DNA from: Strigamia acuminata
Taxonomy: Eukaryota
Length of the DNA: 64,000 bases
Direction: 5' to 3'
Assembly: GCA_949358305.1 (NCBI GenBank)
Contig: OX442314.1
Span: 496,001-560,000, forward strand
Part shown: piece after piece, positions 61,501 to 64,000 of the stretch
Position numbering within the stretch: position 1 is the stretch's first letter
How the letters are laid out: each line of letters begins with the position of its first letter
Translations under genes and position numbers: made by a program
Notes under the pieces: model-generated
What the model saw: the letters and a program-made list of their open reading frames with translations, nothing else
The model's database searches: none
Told to the model about the DNA's origin: nothing

Positions 61501-63631
61501 ATATAAAATTTTAAGCAAAACTGTATAAAATTTCTTTTTTTCTTTTTAGTAGTTCATTTTTGAAAAATTTAATGATCAATATATGAAGTGGGGCACGGAA
61601 GATCGCCTTGCTTAAAAATGGGTCGCGATGCTAAAAAGTTTGGAAACCCCCGACTTAGTTTAACACTTAGCGATGCCTTAGCAAGAATTACTTGTGTTTG
61701 ACTTGTTGTGATTGTTATTAGGATTTAAATTTGAGACGTGTGGAGCAAAAGGACGTTTTGGTCCCACTGGTGCAATGTGCAACAATACATACTCAAGATC
61801 GGGCTTAGCGGTGGACGTAGTGGAAGGAAGAAACATGAGTGGGATTCAACTGTGGACGGTTAACAAGACAGGATTTTACAGGTGAAGGATGAAATGAAAG
61901 CATCAAAGTACAGTCGAAACTCTTTATAAGAAATTGAATGGTGTTATTTTTACTTTCGCTGATTTATGATGCTTTACAACATAAATCAGCGAACGTGGCC
62001 TTTTTCTTAATAAGTAATTTAAAAAAAGAGAGAATTAACCTAGAACGACTGAAACCGGTCATTTTGACCGGTTGAAATAGCATGAACGATACACAATATA
62101 TGAACAATACATGCATAATATGTGCGTACAATGTTTTGGCGTCAAATTGAGTTGATTTAAATTCAGAACATTTCAGAAGAAATTCAGCCATTGTAGTGAG
62201 GTGTTGTTAGTAATACTAGATCCAGTCAATCTACCGGGTGACCTAAATAAAACAGGCCCAACTATACAAGGAGGGTTACTAAGGGTGTCTCAAAAAATGT
62301 ATACACTGTTGAATTAATTATACATTAGTTATTAGTTTCTGGTGAACTTTTTTCTGTTCTTTCGTTCGATGTTTAGTTTTTGACAATCGGAGATTTTGTT
62401 CTCAAGGTATTTGCGATTTTAATCAATTTTTGTCCCAATTTGCCAAGTTTGATTGCACTAGTCATTTCTGAATTTCAGATTTTGTGCTACTTTTTGAATC
62501 TTCAGCAGTACTTTTGTGGATTTCTTCAGATGTATCAGTATGAGATCATGCAAAATTTTGCTAGAATTTGAAAGATCTTGTGAAATTTTGCTATGTAGAT
62601 TTTGGTAAATTTTGCTATGTAAATTTTGTTAAATTTTGCTGTGTACATTTTGTTAAATTTTGTGAGATTTTACCTAAAGTAAAGTGATATGGTACCACAA
62701 AATCGAGAGTAAAATTGATTAAAATTGCAAATATCTCGTGAACGAAAGTTCGGAGAGGAATAAACTGACCAAGAAACGTTAATTAAACAACACTGCCCAG
62801 CTTCTGTGTGTGACAGGACGGTTGCCGGTGTAGCGTGCCTAACAGCACTGCCACACAGTGAGATAGGTGACCCCACCCCCAGACAACGAATTAAAGGTCA
62901 AAACCCAACAATCTGGAGTCCCTGTCTCGTTATTACGCGAGTATGCGTCCCTCCCATTGTAGTAAATCCCCATACTGCATTGGGTAAGACCATATCCAGT
63001 CAAAATTGATGTATACTGTATTTAATTGAACAGTGTGATCGCGCAAGGAGCTGGAGGTGGCAAAGGGGCGCGCACCGCGCACACGAGTCACGGCGCTCGG
63101 GTTCACGCCGTGTTGAAATGGCGCTCGGGCGACGCCATCCACATCCTGGTCGGCCAAGAAGGGTCCAGCACGTGCCAATGGGTGAGAAAAAGGCTTAAAA
63201 ATAATGTTGGCTTTGAGCCGTTGACTGTTTGTTTGCATTTGCATTGACTTTTGCAGGGACATTGCTCGCAGCCGTTGACGCAGCAGGAGTCGGGCATCCG
63301 GGGATTGGCGCACCTGAAGGCGGCCAATGCGATGAATCGAGGGAGCGGAGGTGGCGGAGGTGGAGCCACTTATGTTTTCCAGGTGCGATGGAATTAACGC
63401 GCCCAATCGCTCGATTGGGGCAATAAACGAGCGGTATGAGCGCAGCGTTTATGACCTGTGTAATTAATGGACAGATGGACGATAGTGGACGTGCGCGCCC
63501 GCTGCTCGTGGCTGCAGGTGGCGGTGGTTTCTCGCTCGATGACCCGATGCCGGAGACCGTTAATCCGGACGCGAGGGCACGGAATACAAGCGCGCTTCCG
63601 AGGGCTGGAACGGGGCCCAGGAATGGAGCGG
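16560..63631 (+). CDS. Alk: Anaplastic lymphoma kinase (ALK/LTK family) receptor, extracellular-domain exons; gene continues past window end
   Basis: In-frame GT-AG exons 16560-16773, 18803-19013, 35165-35292, 35369-35500, 35563-35721, 36607-36740, 36817-36986, 43688-43782, 43863-43892, 59235-59291 (tentative), 61722-61881, 63034-63181, 63257-63382, 63475-63631. Domains: signal peptide, MAM (CDFE..C.W ... LAIDDVRLENC), LDLa (CIERSHVCDLHVDCARGEDE), MAM2 (CNFE...CGW; IALDDVTLSPECFG), then FETCGAKGRFGPT, GAGGGKG, ILVGQEG, GGGGGATYVF, PLLVAAGGGG of the ALK glycine-rich domain. Confidence 0.93.
16925..17430. repeat. Degenerate ~21-bp tandem repeat in Alk intron 1
   Basis: Units such as TTTTGGTGATTTTTGACCAGA and TTTACGTGTTTTTGACTAGA. 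Confidence 0.8.
19590..19601. promoter_or_regulatory. NRF1/Ewg-type palindrome TGCGCATGCGCA in the transposon 5' region (mirrored at 34436-34447)
   Basis: Perfect consensus just upstream of apparent non-coding 5' exons (donors GTAAG ~19715, GTAAC ~19912; acceptor CAG ending 20758). Confidence 0.45.
20780..23750 (+). pseudogene. Copy-A transposase, C-terminally truncated by the copia insertion
   Basis: Exon 20780-21692, 64-nt phase-1 intron 21693-21756, exon from 21757. Identical to copy B up to ...SQNEE, then reads 16 LTR-derived residues to a stop. The lost 109-aa C-terminus sits beyond the element at ~28809-29141. Confidence 0.88.
23702..23903 (-). repeat. Copia 3' LTR
   Basis: Direct repeat of 28607-28808 with one substitution seen (CATACTAGATG vs CATACAAGATG). 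Confidence 0.97.
23967..28499 (-). CDS. Copia gag-pol polyprotein (1510 aa): Gag, two CCHC knuckles, protease, integrase, RT, RNase H
   Basis: CYNCSGKGHYKKDC and CYNCGRMGHMSADC; WTSDSGATSH; WHQRMGH..CDVC; DLMGP / RSDNGGEF / NGIVERQN; YRARLVANG, LHVDDML; FTDASW, STTESE. PR-IN-RT-RH order is diagnostic of copia. Confidence 0.97.
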   Translation of the reverse strand: MNFWKQQGIGEENIKLPSSEEESTESSEEENTDSSESRNTQNSTLSESSDSSDSEHKMAPPNDNRGGIPALTDSNYALWACRLEDRLRGKKLWKSVILEDEPPQSQVKGDDADKKWNAYDDMNAKAKMIMIDNMCESKQMIYMHERNAKTLWEQIKTDMQSTAERTKLEAHHEVTHIKMEKNENIDEYCNRAQGLRQCFLQAGGKMEETELIFHIKNGLRREFQNAREALNFQTDIKMADLRSGLKLCEGEKQNNERKPTENVHKAREFKNIVCYNCSGKGHYKKDCRSRPKCYNCGRMGHMSADCRDEKKTENNASRGRGRGRGTSGHRGKGKGPKENLMTAREIKTEHICDEIEEKIWKTEFKRDRDGELIPRKSLVSTGRKIKVYHCEKNKNGTKMERTLMVREKTTETETNEQQIEWTSDSGATSHITRERDWLMNARDDCREIETASGVTNTEAIGDIRVSQDEGKIETLLTNVLYIPNITENLLSVPKMTDKGFIVVYDKEKVRIAHENEMKMTCNKYAMFGERIGDRYVIKTQLMPRERGLIAHEKIKTWHQRMGHVNFGAISEMKTKNIVRGIECKDREEGQICDVCITSKLTRKTHKTITDRQSKTVLELIHVDLMGPLKPKTPTGKKYIMIMVDDFSRKINISLLERKNGAEEAIKTQIEKWERQKEKKVKFLRSDNGGEFTSDGFEHWLNERGIHHQLTTAFTPESNGIVERQNRTIMEMIRCLLKDSELPKYFWGEAALTAMKIRNHCVTKIHGLTPEEVWSDYKPSVAYFKKFGCTAYMLRKGHRKKLEDKCSVGIFIGYATNRKAYRIYDFKKNKVHETSDVKFDETTKGMHKWKNKGEIAETNTPRVDDSSEEEDEETIDLSTDEKEVINEQKEPDLEEGSNGDRIVSSENEEEIQEENTEIQNAEHENEGNVMMPNDDEQNTTNNENHEKGKRGRPKGTTKEEMQRKHEIEKNKKEEALKKQGVRRSERIKEKGFVLTTHEIQIPKTYKEAMNSDQKDKWIEAMGEEMMEMKRLGVWKLEKREKARKTIKCKWIYKVKPNEDGTEGRYRARLVANGCAQTYGVDVEETYSPVIRIESVRFIFAFAAKRGKRVRLHDVKTAYLNAKLKEKIWMEQPDGFKEKGREDEVCFLIRSIYGLKQSGRTWNELIDKILKSTGLQQSKDDECLYYIFVEVEYMIIGLHVDDMLTVASDITYENKILEKLRKAVNLVTIGDAKVVLGMQLDQLEGRIVVHQQAYLQNLLKMYNMDKCNPAKSPGEPNQNIDECAESEKVDAKAYQELLGRLLYLATHTRPDISFTLGNLSRYNQEPRQIHEDGLKRVIRYLKGTAEYGLTYGSEGKELEVFTDASWDKTPDSKSYSGVLILYGKDLIHWKSKKQSFVAQSTTESELEAFTEGVKESMWYRNLIEDISKNELQGKGKIYCDSLNVITMMTEGTHKMRTKFLNRRVNLAKDLIKNEGLEAVHVPGEEQLADFLTKNLSGVKIKEVMDILMNNDI
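28607..28808 (-). repeat. Copia 5' LTR
   Basis: Adjacent to the PBS (plus-strand CCTCTGCTACCA, 28595-28606). Confidence 0.97.
29546..29603. other. 58-bp host spacer between the inverted transposons, bounded by reverse-complemented TSDs and containing an RFX X-box
   Basis: Begins GTTTGATC (reverse complement of GATCAAAC at 34796-34803), ends GCGCACGT (reverse complement of ACGTGCGC at 19234-19241). GTTGCTAGGTAAC at 29563-29575. Confidence 0.93.
29604..34795 (-). mobile_element. P-element-superfamily DNA transposon, copy B (intact, 5192 bp)
   Basis: Reverse complement of copy A with constant coordinate sums (54037 outside, 59149 inside the copia), so no net indels. Same TIRs; uninterrupted transposase. 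Confidence 0.95.
30008..33257 (-). CDS. Intact P-element/THAP9-like DDE transposase, two coding exons, ~1061 aa
   Basis: Exons 33257-32345 and 32280-30008 join the 317-aa and 766-aa ORFs in frame (..TPI|EMYSR..). Motifs WLSEDAT (D1), GFSADGD (D2), QDTIHIGAKLR (DxxH), DKMN, FITTNAY..IELN, LGSQQCEQLFRIARS (E) follow P-superfamily order. Confidence 0.88.
36228..36432. repeat. 21-bp tandem repeat AAAATGCACTTTTTAGAGTTA (~9-10 copies)
   Basis: Near-perfect array; explains the repetitive ORFs at 36174-36493. Confidence 0.97.
37030..37826. mobile_element. Non-autonomous TIR element (relatives at ~48890-49230 and ~58413-58580) hosting a nested MITE
   Basis: Imperfect TIRs TACTCCGAACCGATGTAACGTTG / CAACGTTGTATTGGTTTTGAGTA. 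Internal sequence recurs in reverse orientation at the two other loci. Confidence 0.7.
37167..37721. mobile_element. hAT-like MITE with 8-bp TSD GTGATGCT
   Basis: TIRs TAAGCCTGCTATTTTTGCG / CGCAAAAGTAGCAGCTTTA; TSD at 37159-37166 and 37722-37729. The related copy at ~58507 has a single (empty) site. Internal 21-bp tandem repeat. Confidence 0.88.
38417..38837. mobile_element. Degenerate pogo/Tigger-like MITE
   Basis: TTATAACGAA subterminal repeats and ...ACGAGGCTCGACTG end, as in 57279-57565. Confidence 0.55.
40340..41072. mobile_element. hAT-like MITE (CAGTGTT...AACACTG) with 8-bp TSD CCGACGTG
   Basis: TSD at 40332-40339 and 41073-41080; GTTCAC/GTGAAC subterminal repeats; relative at 50579-50897. 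Confidence 0.9.
40816..40962. mobile_element. TA-flanked perfect-hairpin MITE (Tc1/mariner-type target)
   Basis: Arms 40814-40879 and 40899-40964 are perfect reverse complements (66 bp including the TA), with a 19-nt loop. Confidence 0.88.
42779..42991. repeat. Imperfect inverted repeat (~90-bp arms) of a dispersed repeat also seen at ~39173-39245
   Basis: AAATGGCGGACAAC...AATAA vs TTATT...GTTGTCCGCCATTT. Confidence 0.75.
43928..44300. repeat. Tandem repeat (42-bp, then ~32-bp units) after the Alk micro-exon
   Basis: TTTGAGTCTGATGAAATTTATCAAAAATTTGATAAAATTCAT repeated, then degenerating. Confidence 0.8.
44305..44800. mobile_element. Old hAT-like MITE
   Basis: TIRs TAAGGGTGCG / CGTACCCTTG; flanks ATTGAAGT / ATTGAAAT (7/8 TSD match); GGAT/ATCC subterminal repeats. 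Confidence 0.6.
46057..46220. mobile_element. TA-flanked MITE with 33-bp TIRs
   Basis: GAGTCGTGTTCAAAAAAACTGGACCTTCACTCT / AGAGTGAAGGTCTAGTTTTTTTGAACACGACTG, with TA on both sides. Confidence 0.8.
46351..46766. mobile_element. MITE with ~55-bp imperfect TIRs
   Basis: TATACTCTTGTTGAGCTCAAG..CCCCCAAATCCCATTGGTCGAGCCT vs AGGCTCGACCAATGGGATTTGGGGG..GAGTTCAACAAAAGTATA. Confidence 0.75.
49637..50005. mobile_element. Foldback/MITE with ~110-bp TIRs
   Basis: 49637-49748 pairs with 49890-50005 (TTCGCCCAAACTACAGATA... / ...TATCTGTAGTTTGGGCGAA). Confidence 0.8.
50579..50897. mobile_element. hAT-like MITE, same family as 40340-41072
   Basis: TIRs CAGTGTTGTATC / GATACAACACTG; GTGAAC repeats; TSD not clearly preserved. 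Confidence 0.8.
53506..53578 (-). pseudogene. tRNA(Ser-like)-derived remnant or SINE head
   Basis: Minus strand GTTGTGGTGGCTCAGTGGTTAAGGCAATG...ACAGGTTCAAATCCTGTTGTCTGTG has A-box, B-box and T-arm, but poor acceptor and anticodon stems. Confidence 0.6.
54701..55123. mobile_element. PIF/Harbinger-like MITE
   Basis: TIRs AGGTGCATTCCAAAAC / GTTTTGGAATGCACTT with 3-bp ACT on both sides. Confidence 0.65.
55220..55244 (+). repeat. (TTAGG)5 interstitial telomere-like repeat
   Basis: Five perfect TTAGG units. Confidence 0.8.
55657..57276 (-). mobile_element. Decayed Tc1-family transposon with ~255-bp IR/DR-type TIRs
   Basis: TA-flanked CTAGTGG...CCACTAG; TIRs ~55657-55912 and ~57021-57276, each with outer and inner AAGTTT(G/A)GAAAC. 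Minus-strand remnants VIFFDNSKF, FIQDRAPFH and W*GNSPDMNPMEN correspond to the Tc1 D,D,E motifs; frame is broken. Confidence 0.9.
57279..57565. mobile_element. pogo/Tigger-like MITE sharing a TA with the Tc1 right end
   Basis: TA|CAGTCGCAACTCTTTATAACGA ... TTTTAACGAGGCTCGACTG|TA, with TATAACGAA repeats. Confidence 0.75.
60011..60306. mobile_element. Harbinger-like MITE
   Basis: TIRs TACTACGTTTACATGCA / TGCATGTAAACATAGTA. Confidence 0.7.
60398..60754. mobile_element. PIF/Harbinger MITE with TAA TSD
   Basis: TAA|AGGCTCGTTTACATTGTTGCGAAATT ... AATTTCGCAACAATGTAAACTAGCCT|TAA. Confidence 0.88.
61381..61652. mobile_element. Degenerate hAT/Charlie-like MITE; inverted relative at ~59332-59398
   Basis: CAGCGTTTCCCAAACT ... 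AGTTTGGAAACCCCCG ends; 61586-61650 is reverse-complementary to 59332-59398. Confidence 0.5.
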
Positions 63632-63679
63632 GTAAGTCAATTATTACTCTGTATTTATGCATTATTATTAGACCTCGGA

Positions 63680-63821
63680 TATTTATGCAAAATAAAAATA
63701 AAAATATGCAAAATAAAAATAAAAATATGCAAAATAAAAATAAAAATACGCAAAATAAAAATAAAAATATGCAAAATAAAAATAAAAATATGCAAAATAA
63801 AAATAAAAATATGCAAAATAA
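63680..63821. repeat. 21-bp tandem repeat ATGCAAAATAAAAATAAAAAT
   Basis: Direct observation. Confidence 0.95.
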
Positions 63822-63903
63822 GTGCACAGTGTTCCTGATATAAATGAATTGTAATTTAGTAATTACAATTTACTTTTTTCTATATTTTTTATTTTTTTAT
63901 TTG

Positions 63904-64000
63904 TTGCATTTTTGAGCGTAAAAATTGCATTTTTGAGCGTAAAAATTGCATTTTTGAGCGTAAAAATTGCATTTTTGAGCGTAAAAATTGCATTTTTGAG
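63904..64000. repeat. 21-bp tandem repeat AAAAATTGCATTTTTGAGCGT, running off the window
   Basis: Direct observation. Confidence 0.95.

Overview
Eukaryotic, AT-rich, intron-rich animal genomic DNA. An arthropod host is suggested only by one (TTAGG)5 run and the Alk architecture. The left 15 kb is gene-dense: the last two exons of an RNF216-like RBR E3 ligase, an orphan 137-aa ORF, SMIM12 (minus strand), a 12-exon DDHD1-type phospholipase A1 and an unannotated two-exon 57-aa microgene with SUMO-interacting-like motifs. From 16560 to beyond the window end lies an Alk (anaplastic lymphoma kinase) receptor gene: signal peptide, MAM, LDLa, MAM, glycine-rich. The standout structure is in Alk intron 2: a 15.5-kb quasi-palindrome of two apparently identical, tail-to-tail copies of a 5192-bp P-element-superfamily transposon. 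The element has 14-bp TIRs, 8-bp TSDs and a spliced ~1061-aa transposase with no recognisable THAP domain. The copies are separated by a 58-bp host spacer whose TSDs are swapped and reverse-complemented, so the spacer (which carries an RFX X-box) appears inverted. The left copy is interrupted by an intact, very young Ty1/copia element. The remaining Alk introns contain many MITEs (some triply nested), a decayed IR/DR Tc1 element, a tRNA-derived remnant and ~20-bp-period A/T-tract minisatellites. All calls are from reading the sequence and recalled family motifs; no searches were run.
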